From: Octopus vulgaris
Lineage: Eukaryota
Assembly (NCBI GenBank): GCA_951406725.2
Contig: OX597828.1
Location: forward strand, 3,720,001 to 3,784,000
DNA length: 64,000 nucleotides
Direction of reading: 5' to 3'
A model generated the notes under the pieces. The model ran no database searches. It was not told where the DNA came from and was given only the letters and a program-made list of their open reading frames with translations. This document shows, piece after piece, positions 29,725 through 42,318 of the stretch (the stretch's first letter is position 1; the number at the start of each line of letters is the position of its first letter). The position numbers and the translations under genes are program-made.

Positions 29725-30552
29725 TACCCGGCCTTACTTGGGATTAAAATAGAGCATATTCTTTTTATTGTTTTACTTGTTTCGGTATTATAACCCGATT
29801 TCATTCAGGTCTACTCGGGCCACATTTTAAAGATGAAGCATTAAAAATAAAAAATAAAACAAAAAAATTATTAAAAATTGGTAATGAAAAAAAGCATGTC
29901 AAACGTTTAAGCAGTTTTGAGAAGCGATTGGAGAAACCTCGCGGATGCAGATGTGAAGGGCAAAGAATGACGGGAAAATGCTGAAAGAAAACAAAACAAA
30001 ATATCATTCAAGTATCTGCACAAAACTGAAATAGTATAATACGACTGCACTTACAATGTTTTGGATACAATATGTAGTTACACCTCGAGCATCCATGTCA
30101 GATTTAGGCCAACTACTTGTAACACCTGTCTTTGTGCCTTGTTGATGCTCATTGCAAAGCATACTTTTACGGGAAACTGCCGCCACGTAAATTCGAATGG
30201 CACGGCAGAGGGACTAAGGCTCATGGGGGTTAATAACTTTGTCATACCAGCAGACTGTCCGCTCAGAATGGTTGTCGTCAGAATTAAGGTCCTAATATTT
30301 TTGATGATCAGATGCGTACCGTTGCATAGTTCTGGTGGTTCCACATTTCTCAGCAGTATAACTGGAACACCAATCTTCCGTCTAAGGTCATGAGGAGAAA
30401 GTCCGGGAGGTAGTTGGCTGTTGAGGAATTCAATAAGTGTGCAAATTTTCAGCGCAATCCGACCACATTTACTAACACTTTTGCCTGCACAACTGCACAA
30501 CTGCACAACTGCAAGTGAGACAACGCCGTCCTTTTCACAAATATATATTAGA
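29725..30552 (-). mobile_element. Non-autonomous Helitron carrying a PIF1-type helicase fragment
   Basis: ORF 30078-30506 includes EFLNSQLPPGLSPHDLRRKIGVPVILLRNVEPPELCNGT and RQFPVKVCFAMSINKAQRQVLQVVGLNL. The minus-strand 5' end TCTAATATATA is at 30552, and a subterminal CCC..GGG hairpin lies near 29727-29743. Confidence 0.85.
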
Positions 30553-30790
30553 ATAGCAGAGATACCCAGCCTTGCACGGGATAAAAATAGTTTATTATTG
30601 TTTTACATGTTTCGGTATTATAGCCTGATTTCATTCGGGTCTACGCGGGCTACATTTTAAAAGGTGAGGAATATTGCCCTAGAGGCCAGGCCTTTCAATT
30701 GAGCAAACTCGAAGTTGTCATGCAAACTCGCCAGCGCTTTTAACATAGGTGTGCATATTTTCAGCTTAGTCCGACCATATGCACGCATTA
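30553..30790 (-). mobile_element. Second Helitron derivative, tandem to the first
   Basis: 30561-30670 repeats 29724-29840. The 3' hairpin CCCAGCCTTGCACGGG and an ATAG (CTAG-variant) terminus abut the first copy. Confidence 0.7.
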
Positions 30791-30994
30791 TATATACACA
30801 TACGCATTAAATATACATATGTACATATATACGCATTATATATATATATGTATACACATTATAGATACATACACTTTATATATATATTAATACACACACA
30901 CGCATATATATATATATATATATATATGAATTAACACAATAAATATCTGATTATTACCAAGATTGTGCAGTGGTGGTGGGCGATAATTATTCAC

Positions 30995-31462
30995 CGTTCT
31001 AAAAGACCCGTGGCGGGAACATTTAAACTTTTGAAGCTGTCAACGCTTTCTCTCTATAGTTACAGACAGACGTACAGAGAGAAAGAGAGAGAGAGAGGCG
31101 GTGGAGAAAGAGTCACAGAGAGATGGTGAAGGTGGAGAGGGAAAGACAGTGGAATCTGTCAAACGTCGTTATAGAGAGAAACTGGAGGTAAGGGAAGAAA
31201 GAAAGAGATCGAGGAAAATAGGCTGATATCCGAAAGAGAGAAACGACAAACACTTGACAAAGTCAGGGTTTTGTTGCCCTAGTAACCGCAGCTTTTATGA
31301 TGGAGATTACTAATCTAGTCCAGTCGCTTCTGCTCTTCATTTTACATGTCGCTGTAAATTTTCGCAGCAATCCGAGCAGGCCTACTGCCATCGAACCTTG
31401 CATAACCACTAAATGACACACGGAAACACAACTTTCAGTCATCTCACTTTTATATAGAGAGA
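30995..31462 (-). mobile_element. Helitron-derived non-autonomous element
   Basis: Ends in TTTTATATAGAGAGA (minus-strand 5' TC). It shares the AAATTTT..GCAATCCGA motif with the other copies. The left boundary is approximate. Confidence 0.55.
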
Positions 31463-31910
31463 CTAGCTATTTTGACCCGTGCTTCACTGGGTTTTGGTGG
31501 TGGTGGTGTTTTGTGCGTGTTGTCTCCTTTTCCCTCTCATCTTTTGTTTGTCTTCTTTGCCTGGTTCTATTTATTGCCCTCTTCTTTACCTCCCTTTCCA
31601 AAATCCCCCAAATTTTTACACCCACAATTAAAGATAACCGCCTCTAGCCCCTGAAGCAACACGAAAAGTCACCATTATTCAAACAGCACATTCTGTCTAT
31701 CCCATAAAACTCAATGTTTCCTATATTCCTCGCCATGGCAACCAAACGGTAGCTACGAGCAACTTGCAACCCTCCTCACACCATTGCCCACCCCATTTTA
31801 CCCCCAGTGTAAATTTTGGTGCCAATCCGACCCCATCTACCGCCCCTTAAACCGTTCCCATCCCAAAATGAGACAAACAACGTTTTCGCATTTCAGCTTA
31901 TAGATATTGA
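31463..31910 (-). mobile_element. Complete short non-autonomous Helitron
   Basis: CTAG terminus at 31463-31466, hairpin CCCGTGCTTCACTGGG, shared AAATTTTGGTGCCAATCCGA motif, and 5' TC (plus GA 31909-10) followed by T, consistent with an A|T target. Confidence 0.75.
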
Positions 31911-31920
31911 TAAACATACC

Positions 31921-32204
31921 CTCTTACTATTTTACACGTTTCAGTTATTTGGCTGCGGCCAAGCTGGAGCATCACCTTTTCTCGAAGAAATCAACCTCGA
32001 GATTTATTCTTTGCATGCCTAGCACTTACTCTAGCGGACTCTTTTGCCGAACCGCTACGTTCCGGGGACATAAGCACACCAACATCAGTTTCAAGCGATG
32101 GTGGGTATACAAACAAAGACACAAACTGACACATATATATATATACATACATACATACATACATACATACATACATACAAACATACATAACATACATACA
32201 TACA

Positions 32205-32249
<45 letters not shown>

Positions 32250-32390
32250 GCCGACCTTTCAGTTTTCTTCTACCAAATCCACTCACAAGTCTTTAGTAGG
32301 TCCGAGGCCATTTTAGAAGACACTTGCCCAATGTGCCATACAGTGAGACTGAACCCGGAACCATGTGATTGGAAAGCAAATTCCTACCAC
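31921..32390 (-). mobile_element. Octopus-type tRNA SINE
   Basis: Colinear with 26681-27094 (GCTGGAGCA, CCGAACCGCTA, CCAAATCCACTCACAAG, GACACTTGCCCAA, GACTGAACCCGGAACC). Confidence 0.85.
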
Positions 32391-32416
32391 ACACACACAC
32401 ATACACACACACACAC

Positions 32417-32498
<82 letters not shown>

Positions 32499-32500
32499 GA

Positions 32501-32738
32501 CTTCTACTTGTTTCACTTATTACACTGCTTAGGTGCCGCCTTCAATGCATTTTGTCGAACAATTCACCCCAAGGACTCATTTTATTTCTAAGTCTGGTGC
32601 TTATTCTATTATTATGTTTGAAGCAAAATATCTGATATATTTCTGTTGATAAAGAGTTAATCTTCAAAAAGTATTTTGTACTGGATCGCTAGATTACGGG
32701 GAAATAAACAAAGCATCACCAATTGTGAGGGACAAAAG

Positions 32739-32811
<73 letters not shown>

Positions 32812-32972
32812 GCATCATATTTCTTTCAGGTTTTTTTTCTACCGAATCGGCTCACTAGGCTTCTTGTCACCCCTCGGCTATGGTAGAAGATTTTACCTAA
32901 GTTGCCAAGCAGCGGAGCTGAACCCGATACCATGTGGTTGGGAAGCAAACCTTTTACTACACAGCCACGCCT
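32501..32972 (-). mobile_element. Octopus-type tRNA SINE, diverged
   Basis: Same motif order (GGTGCCGCC, CTTATTCTAT, GCTATGGTAGAAGA, CTGAACCCG, ACTACACAGCCACGCC). Confidence 0.75.
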
Positions 32973-34759
32973 ACGACGTGTTTCTGACTTTTCTCAGCTA
33001 TGCAATCTGGTTAGTATATTTACTATCAATAATGATTGTTTTCGGTAATTACATAAGCATGTACATTAATCTATGGATGACATTTGAATCAATGTGAGGG
33101 TAAAACAGGATTCTATAAATATTGATTCACTTTATATTAATATGCCTCAAGGAAAATTTATTTTATTTGTGAGGACAACTTGACCTTTTGAAGATTAACT
33201 CTTTGTCAACACAAATATAACATTAGATGTTTTGCTTCAAACATAAACATATTCCATATTTCAATATATAATTGTTATACAATTTCGAGCTACTTTTGTC
33301 TATATTTTCAAGTGTTTAAGTCTTATATTTTCTATCAGTGACTGCGGTTTATGTGAGTATGGTTACGTTTTCCTTCTCTATACGGCTGCATATGTGGATG
33401 TGTGTGTAAAGGCACGCGCATCATTTATTTCTGATTACTCTGAATTTTTAGTCGTTGCCCCGGAACTGAAAAACATTTTACAAATACGAAGACAATCCTA
33501 GCTAATGAAACAAACATCCAGCTAATTAATTGCTTCAATTTGACTGTTTTGTCTTCTAAATGAGTCTAAATACGTATTTATTTTATTATATATTTTGTTT
33601 CGTTTGCTTATTTTCCTCTCTTTCTGTTATTTTTAAATTTTCGCCCGGTTTCTCTCTCTCGTCAATTTTATATTTCTTTTGTTGTGTTTTTCCATATTTT
33701 AAATGTTCTTTTCTTTTCCTCCTCTTTTGTATTTCTGTTCCATTTTTACGTAATTTTGTTTATAGCTTCCCTTGGATTTCACATTGTTTTGTCACTATTA
33801 TTCGGTCAAAATTGGTTTTCATTCTCAATTTATTGTTTCCACTAGTATTACCCTGTCTTACTTGTCAATTTTGTTGTGCTGTTCTATTTTCCTTGTGTAT
33901 TTCGATTATTCATTATGGTTCATTGTTTATTTATTGTTCTTGCTATTATTACACGCAATTGCAGTTCATTGTTTTTGTTTTTTCCTTTTGTTCCATAATT
34001 TTTCTTTCTATTCTTTAATTATATTTTCATTATTTTTTTAATTAGTAGAATTTTCTGAATTTATTTCAAATTACTAAATAATGCCACTGGAATAAAAGGT
34101 GAGGTATTGAGGTCATAACATGTCCAACCTTTTTTTGTGATATTCTATCTCATGTGATTAGTATTAATAATGACCGTTAAATGCAAGTTCTCAATATGCT
34201 CTCAGTAACATTCGTCTTTTGCGTAGCAGAAGGGGGAAAAAGTTTTGTTATATTCTCATTTTCCAAATGTAATTAATCGCCAGGATTAATTATAACAGTT
34301 AGCCCGGAGCTTATTTACTCAATAATGTCTGTAGGAAATTAAAAGTGGGGGATTTAAGTTTTAAAGCCAAATGCAGTTTTAATCCTAGTGTGTTTAACGC
34401 CAGCAGTTTTTAATGAGCAAGCTGTTGTCATTAAGTATCTTCTTACGTATGGATACCCAATTTGTCTATTGAGGCTAAGTAAAGCAAGTATTAACTGCTT
34501 TTCTGTATTAGAGTTCGAAAACATCTTGCAATGAGGAGGTTCATTAGCAAACTACAGACTGAAATAAAAATCCTGGAAGAAACCAGGAGAGAATGAGGAA
34601 GAGAGAATAAGGAAGAGAGAGAACAAGGCAATGACGAGAAAGGAGAAATAGCAATCGTAGTTAGCTAACTTACAAGAAACTTCTGAATATGTAATGTTTG
34701 GAATTAGATAAATACACCTGGTTATCACTGAAATAAGATACCGTGTTGAAGCACGGAAA

Positions 34760-35990
34760 TCATTCATAAGACCTCGTCTTCTACAGAATCAGATTTAATG
34801 GCAATAAGATTTTAGTAAACAGCAATGATAGGAAGGAGTCTCTGGGGAAAATTCCTTTCTTGGTGTTAACCTGCACAGGTTATTCTCTACTGTTGTCTTC
34901 CATTTCTTCATATTCTTACTGAATAATGCTACTCTATCCTTAGCTGCCCAACCATCTCCAGACACTTTGGAATCCACGAGCAAGGCACTATATGCCTTTT
35001 CGTAATCGATTCACGCTATTGACAAATTTAAATTTCTCAATCTTCTCCGGCAGTTCTTTAGAATTACCTTATCGACAAGCAACTGATTGTTTGTTTCTAG
35101 TGATCCCTTTCTGCAACCCTTCTGTTCATCCGTCAGTAGTTCGTTACTGTCTTTCATTATTTCAGTGAGGAGTTTCCACATTATGAGTAAGCAAGTGATC
35201 CCCTGAGCTCCATCACGGGGATCTCTCTGGACCAGTACCCTCCTTTATTTTACCATTCAGTTTGACACATGTGGTCTGAGAGAAACTTGCGACTTTGGAT
35301 GTGACTTCATCAAACTTTTGACTCAAAAGCTCTGTACAAGGCCAGGGCTAACTATTACTAATTCTAGTTCATATATCATTCACCATGAAAGAGATGCCCT
35401 CTTGCACTTTTGTATTACTGTATTTCGCAGTCACTTCTTCAAGCCAAGTTGCCATCACATTGTATGAATTCTTTTGACAATATGTTGATAAAATCGCTTC
35501 TATGAGCTTACTTCTTGTTTTTCTCATTCAAAGTTTCATAAAACAGTTTCTGGTTTATCTGTTTGAACTCTAGGTGTATCACTTGATCTCACTCCCTCAC
35601 CCTTTGATAGTTTCTTCTAATATATCTATGATATACAAAGTTCCATTCCCATCTTGGTGGTATGTCCCATTCATTCAGCTATGCCACATATTTTCTTACC
35701 TTGTTCTATCGATCTCACTCAAATCCTTTCTCCGCACCTTTTCCAGAAGGATTTTCGCTTCTCTTTTTTTCTTTCAAAATCCCTCTTTCCTTCACCACAG
35801 ATTTCATATTTGTGATGTCTTAATACTCAGAATACTTCATTCCTTTTACAATACACTGATCCCACCATTGCTCTATCACATGACTTCAATGTAATACTTT
35901 ATTGTTTTCAAGGAGCATCAATTCTAGAATCCTGTCACGGAGAGCATTTCGTCTGGGTTTATATCAGATGGATAATATTTTTTCCAGACC
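34760..35990 (-). mobile_element. R4/Dong-clade LINE RT N-terminal fragment, decayed
   Basis: Motifs ITCLLIMWKLLTEI, LLTDEQKGCRKGS..QLLVDKVILKNCRRR..LSIA*IDYEKAY and KKGIFPGDS-like. Confidence 0.85.
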
Positions 35991-36009
35991 CCTATTATTG
36001 TTATTATTA

Positions 36010-36350
36010 TTATGGCCGTGTTTAAACCTGAACCGCAGCAATAAAGGCCACCCGCCACACTTCTCGGTCTATCACCACTGCCTTGAGGTCCTGGATACAT
36101 TCAAGACCAGTGTCTACAATCCGATTGTCGATTTAAGCGTGACGCCGTTTTCCTATCACCTCGTTTCTCAGGCTCACGCCGGCTATAATATTGAAAAAAA
36201 GTTTTCCTCTTTTGTCCATTTTAATCTCATTCGCTGTAACTTTATTGCGACCGGGCCTTAGCTGTTGTTCCACAGGACACACGCTGGACGCGACACCTTC
36301 GCTAAACGCTCCACATTGTTCCGAAATGATGATCTTAGATGCTGCTATCA
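36010..36350 (-). mobile_element. RTE-like LINE 3' end fragment
   Basis: GKRRHA*IDNRIVDTGLECIQDLKAVVIDREVWR, followed by an (AAT)n tail on the minus strand. Confidence 0.5.
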
Positions 36351-37039
36351 TTCTTTTTACATCATCATCATTAACAACTTGAAGAATAAGAATTGGAAAA
36401 TCAACAAAGGTCTCAAAGTTTGGTTACGGTGAAGTGGTGTCTCATTTCCTCTCACAACGTCGGCCAAAATGGAGAAATGGAAAATATAGAGACTGCGGGA
36501 GGGCGGAAATTCGTTGGAGATGGTTGAAAGGGATAGGAACAATATAGATAAAAAAAAAAAATGAAAAATAAACAAAAAAAAAAGCAAAACACTGAGACTA
36601 GAGAGAAAAGTTGTGGCTTTATGAAGTCGCCACATCAATTATCTGATTATCAAGATTTATTTTTCAATTACTATAGTAGCAAGGAACTAGCACATCTGCT
36701 GAATGACTTGACTTCTGTGTTTGTATGGCTGTATGCGCTTATGTATACATACATATTTGTGTATATATATATATATATGCATACATACACCACTGTGTGT
36801 GTGTGGGGGGGTGGCTGGCTGTGCGTACGTGTAGCCGAACTGTTGATTTATTGCGTTCTTTCTTCAAACATGTGGTTGAAATATTCAATACCAGAAACTA
36901 GAGGTATACCATTTAATTCTTTTTTTCTCTCAAGGACAGTCTATTGTAAATTTTAATAGCTGCTGTGGCTATATTTCTTACCAGTTGTTGGTGAAGTCTG
37001 TACCGGAGCACTTCTTCATATTCAGCTTACATGTATAGC

Positions 37040-37420
37040 GCCATTAATTCTGATTGAATTACCCCGTGGTTTCTCGATTAACCATGCAATAATAGACATT
37101 GAATTCACAGTTCGTCGAGATCACAGAATTCAGAGAGCAAGCATTTATTTCTATAGACCTTACATAGCAGTTTGACACTGTTGACGGGGTAACTCTTGTA
37201 GCTGGATAGCCCTGAAAAATATCTTAAATGTCATTCAATACGTGCATAGCAACATGATAGCACGTTGAATGGAGAATTGATAAAACAAGTTTCAGTTGAG
37301 AACAGAGTACAACAGCTTAACAAATTTTATTATTCAGCAGAAACTTTAAAAGGCCATTTGAAGTCTGCCGCACAAATAAACAAATTCCAGTTGTAGTATT
37401 CAAATTTTGGTTTGGTGAGG
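37040..37420 (+). mobile_element. Ancient RTE RT remnant
   Basis: IIDIEFTVRR..FREQAFISIDLT*QFDTVD resembles TIDMIF..REQ..AFIDLTKAFDTV. Confidence 0.55.
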
Positions 37421-37563
37421 CTGTGAGTGCTCGCTACATCGAAGTGTCATACAAAAGTTGCCAACAAGAAGGAATCTTTATAAGCATTGACACCGGTAAT
37501 TAACAAATAGTCATACTTGTTTATGAACTTGCCCCCAACGTATATGTGTATGTATATGCATGT

Positions 37564-37605
<42 letters not shown>

Positions 37606-38079
37606 TAATCACACATAAATATTCATGTTGACGCCAGCATCGCTGAGGCGTAAGAAGACGGTATGCAAACATGAGGTCCAGAGTTCAATTCTTCTCCATA
37701 TCTGTTAAGTATTTCTTAACAAAATATCTTTACTAGAACTTGTGATGCAAAATGAAGAGGCAGACACTGTACAGCAAATTATTCGAGAGTCTAGGTTCGT
37801 GGCACTGTGGTTCGTTGCTTCTACTCGAGAATTACTTGAAGGGTACACGGGGCTGTGATATTGTCACGTATCTCGCACATTAAATCAATCAGGGAAACAT
37901 GTATGCGTTCACACACACACACACACAAATAAACACATACACACACTCAGGCACATATACACACACACAGACACACTCGCAATTTCAACTGATGTTCAGG
38001 AGAGTCAATTTCTTACTAAATACATACATTTCCACCTTACTAAACGTCTTGTCCGGTAAGTTCATGTGTATGTATGTAT

Positions 38080-38378
38080 CTTTATCTTCTTTTACTTGCT
38101 TCCGTCATTAGCCTGCGGTCATGCTGGAGCACCACATTTGATGGAGTCCATTTGAACGTATCGATTCCAGTAGCTTTTTTCTTTGAAGCCCGGTACTTAT
38201 TCTATCGGTCACTTTTTGCCGAACAGCTAATTTACGGGGATGTAAACACACATCAATACCGGTTATGAAACATACGCACATACACACATATACGATGGAC
38301 TTCTTTCAGTTTCCATCTGCCAAATCCATTCACAAGGCCCGAGGCTATAGTAGAAGGCATTTGCCCAATGTGTCACGA
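38080..38378 (-). mobile_element. Octopus-type tRNA SINE, head missing
   Basis: Motifs GCGGTCATGCTGGAGCACC, GGTACTTATTCTATCGG, CCAAATCCATTCACAAGG and GCTATAGTAGAAG. Confidence 0.85.
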
Positions 38379-38697
38379 TAATATCAATAATTACAACAAC
38401 CACATTGACCACAACAACAACAATTATACAAGAACAACAAGTACACAACAACTACAACACTATATCGGGAAGAAGCCACCTAGCCTGAGCTACCGTAATA
38501 AGTAGGATGCACGGAAACACATCGACTGTTTTCAGAATGTTTAACCGGAACCCAATAGCCGTCATCAATTAAGAACGCAAAAATAAGGATTAAGAAAGTC
38601 TGATGAAGAATCATTGTTGATTCCAAAGCATTAACAAGATAAGCCATAACTTCTAACAGCAAAGCTGTCTACAGGTCACGCGCCACATGCACTTTAA

Positions 38698-38809
<112 letters not shown>

Positions 38810-39165
38810 CCTATCTATATATATATATATATCTAATGTAATAAATAAATATTTATTCGTATATAAATGAAATAAATATATAAGAAAAAATGAGTTTTAA
38901 ATCTGCTTCCATATCCATAAACCTGTTATAAACCCTTAATCACTTACATTCATGAACCATTAAAACTTGTATATCCATAAATCTGTTTCAGAAAATTGAA
39001 CCTTTTTAAACTTCCTTCTACTCTATCACATTTCATTGTATTTTATGGATTTTATTTTATTTTAATTTCTTTTATTTCTTTACCTTCCTAACCTCACCTA
39101 CTAAGGGCGGTACCCTGTTATCTTATTATATTATAACCATATTACCTAAGATACACCCACACATC

Positions 39166-39221
<56 letters not shown>

Positions 39222-39706
39222 ATGTGTGTGTGTGTGTGTGTGTGTTTACCTCCTCACTGGTGAGATAAACAAACGAGAGGGAAATTCTGCGCCAAAAGCC
39301 AATTAGAGAGTTTCTCTCATGGTATCTACCGCAGTAAATTTTGTCCTAATAGAACATCCACGTTAAGGAGAAGATAAATATTACCACTTATATTTTAACA
39401 AGCTAGCAGGCTAATCGCGTCACCAGTCTATGTTCTGACATTGATTTTCTATATATGGCCAGTGGTGAAATAACTCCGTGCTATCTATAGCGGCCGAGTA
39501 TCCAGTACCGTTGAGATCAAAGAAGATCGAAATCATATGAACTGGAGGTCTGGGTGCTGGAGTTGGTAAGGAGTTATCCTCCTGTTGTAGATATATACAA
39601 AGAAGCCCGCATTCTGCACCAAAAGCCTATATGAGAATTTCTTTCATGGTAAGTACCTCAGGAAAGTTTGTTCTAGCAGAACATTCACGTTTATGTTGGG
39701 GATAAT

Positions 39707-39750
<44 letters not shown>

Positions 39751-41127
39751 ATAATCCACTCTCAAGGCTTTGGTTGGCATGCAGCTACATTAGAAGATCC
39801 TTGTCCAAGGTTACTTGCAGTGGGACTGAACCGGAACCGTGTATTTCGAAGCAAACTCCTCACCACACAGCAACGCACATATATAGATACATATGTATAC
39901 AGGTATACATGCATGTTTGTGAGTACATGTACGTGCGCGCACGCGTCTACGTATACTTGTGTGTTTCAGTGTGAATGCTTAAAGGTGAAATATTACAGTG
40001 CCTACGTCAATGTCGATATTGTAAAGATAGCATATAATGAGGAAGTCAAGGAGATACGCATCGATTATCTTGAGAGCCATAAAAAGAATTACAAGACCCG
40101 TAATCTAGATTGGAAATTCTGTCGATCTATGAAACCATAAATGTTTATTCAATCGTAATCGAAATATATTTTGCGTGCAGAATGTATATTGTTCCGTGTT
40201 TAGTTGCCATTGTTATTTATAAGTGTCTCGCTATGTCTTCGTTAATTTTTATTCCAAATCGAAATTAAAACTAATAAAAGATAAAAGACCAGTCATGAAG
40301 AGAAAGAGCGGCTAGTTAACATGTCCATCCATTGACGACCGTAAGCCATAAGAAAAAACAACAACAGTGATTCCAGGAATAACACTCATAAGAACAAAAA
40401 TAACAAACGGGAAGCTCTGATATAGAACTAGGAATGAAGTAAACGAGACAACTTGTCATATCAAGCTGGCAAAGAGAAAATTGGATTGTAATATAATAGG
40501 GATCATAGAATATTGCCAAACTACCTCTGTCATTTACTGACGTTGCTGTTCTAATGTAGAAATGTAATGCGCAACATTACGTTTCCGCTCAGTTGAAGAT
40601 ATTGTCTAGTCTGCTGTATTTTATTTGAATGCTTTCTCAGTTATTTTGATTTCCTCTCCCACAGATACATTTTACTTGCGAGGGTGAACATGTTAGATAT
40701 TCGGTTGAATATGACTTGAAATATAAACTAACTGAAACAAAGTTTCCATGTAACCACAACTGGAATATTATTTTACTTTTGCTTAACTGTGTACATACAG
40801 TCTGTAATACCGTGCTTCCTCACATAAATCTAACTGTTTCTTTACAGCAACAGAAGATGTGGTTTAATCTGTCAATAGAACTGTAGTTACAACAATCAAC
40901 TGGTCCATAAAATATCTCAATACATAGTCGATGCGTATATTACTCTTCCTGCTCAATTTATTCATCTGAAAGCTACTGTTATTTTAGCGTACATGCCATT
41001 GCATGATTGAGATTACTGAAACTTTAAAAAAAATGCCTCTAAAGGCGAAAAGGTTATACCATTAACTTTGACACTGAGTGATAGAAATAATCTATCAAAG
41101 AATAGACGGTATTATTACACACTTCCT

Positions 41128-41310
41128 AAGGCGGTCGGCTGACAGAATCGTTAGCACGCCAGGCAAAATGCTTATCAGCATTTCGTCTATCTTTAAATTT
41201 TGAGTTCAAATTCCTCCGAGGTTGACTTTGCCTTTTATCCTTTCAGAGTCGATAAAATAAGTACCAGTTGAGCATTGGGGTCAATGTAATCGACTTACTC
41301 CCCACCCTGA
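41128..41310 (+). mobile_element. Second SINE family copy
   Basis: AAGGCGGTCGGCTGACAGAATCGTTAGCACGCC..GAGTTCAAATTCC (B-box-like)..GTCGATAAAATAAGTACCAG. Degraded relatives lie near 19465, 27330, 49150 and 55190. Confidence 0.75.
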
Positions 41311-42318
41311 ACAGGAAGGATAATAATGAAAAAGAGTTCACGAGCAGCGGTAGTGAGGAAGCATCATGTCCATGTGTTGTCAGTATTTCATTGGGGTGTT
41401 AAAAATCCATTTCTGTAAAACACGAAACAAGAAAAGGTAACAAAAAGCAATTGAAGAATTCCCATTCCATCTGCCTCCTGCTTATCATTTACAAAGTTAT
41501 CTTCCAAATTATGCTTTAAAAAATGCTCGACATCTTGGATGTCTATCAAACAAAGGAAGAAACTGGCTTCAGGACAGATTTTGCTATTATTGATCACATT
41601 CAGATTCTCGGTCAAATGCAAAAGTAGACAAGCGACCACAACCTCCCATTCAGCTTTGCCTTTGTTGACTATGAGAAAGCCTTCCATTCCATAGATTTTC
41701 CACTGCTTCTTACATTTTATCATCGACCATTAGATAACCCCGAGAGAGTGACATGATCAAATTAGAGATAGAAGCAAAGCTGGGTGACTACATCTCACTG
41801 AAGTTGTTTACAGAGTGTCTGGATGTCGCTGTCATCAACATCTTCCAATGGCACAAGAAAAACATCAAGATTGACGGACGATAACTCTGTGACCTTGAAT
41901 TCGCAGATGATACCTCGACAGTGCATACACCTAGGAACTGGAAGAAATGTTCAGTGATATCGACACTACAAGCCACCCTGTCGGGTTCAACATAAACCTT
42001 GGAAAGACCAATGTCATGTTCAACAGGAAAGCTACACCAGGCCCGTCACAAGTACATGCTGCCAGTGATGATTCACTACAGTGAAATATGGACTCTCACC
42101 ACCAACACTGCTACTGTTTGTAGCCCAACGGCAAATGGAACAGATCATGCTCAGTATCACATTGAGTGGCAAGAAAAAATACAGTAGCAACACTACCACT
42201 CATTGAAGCCCCACAATCATGCTCAGCATCATATTGCGGGACAAGAAAAAGAACGTCTGGATTCGAAAGCACATCTGAGTCAACGACATAATAAAAACCG
42301 CCTCGGAATACGAATATA

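Noticed and set aside
30078-30506. Possible host PIF1 helicase exon
   Set aside because: It is enclosed by Helitron termini and key motifs are degraded (KAQRQ for KSQGQ).
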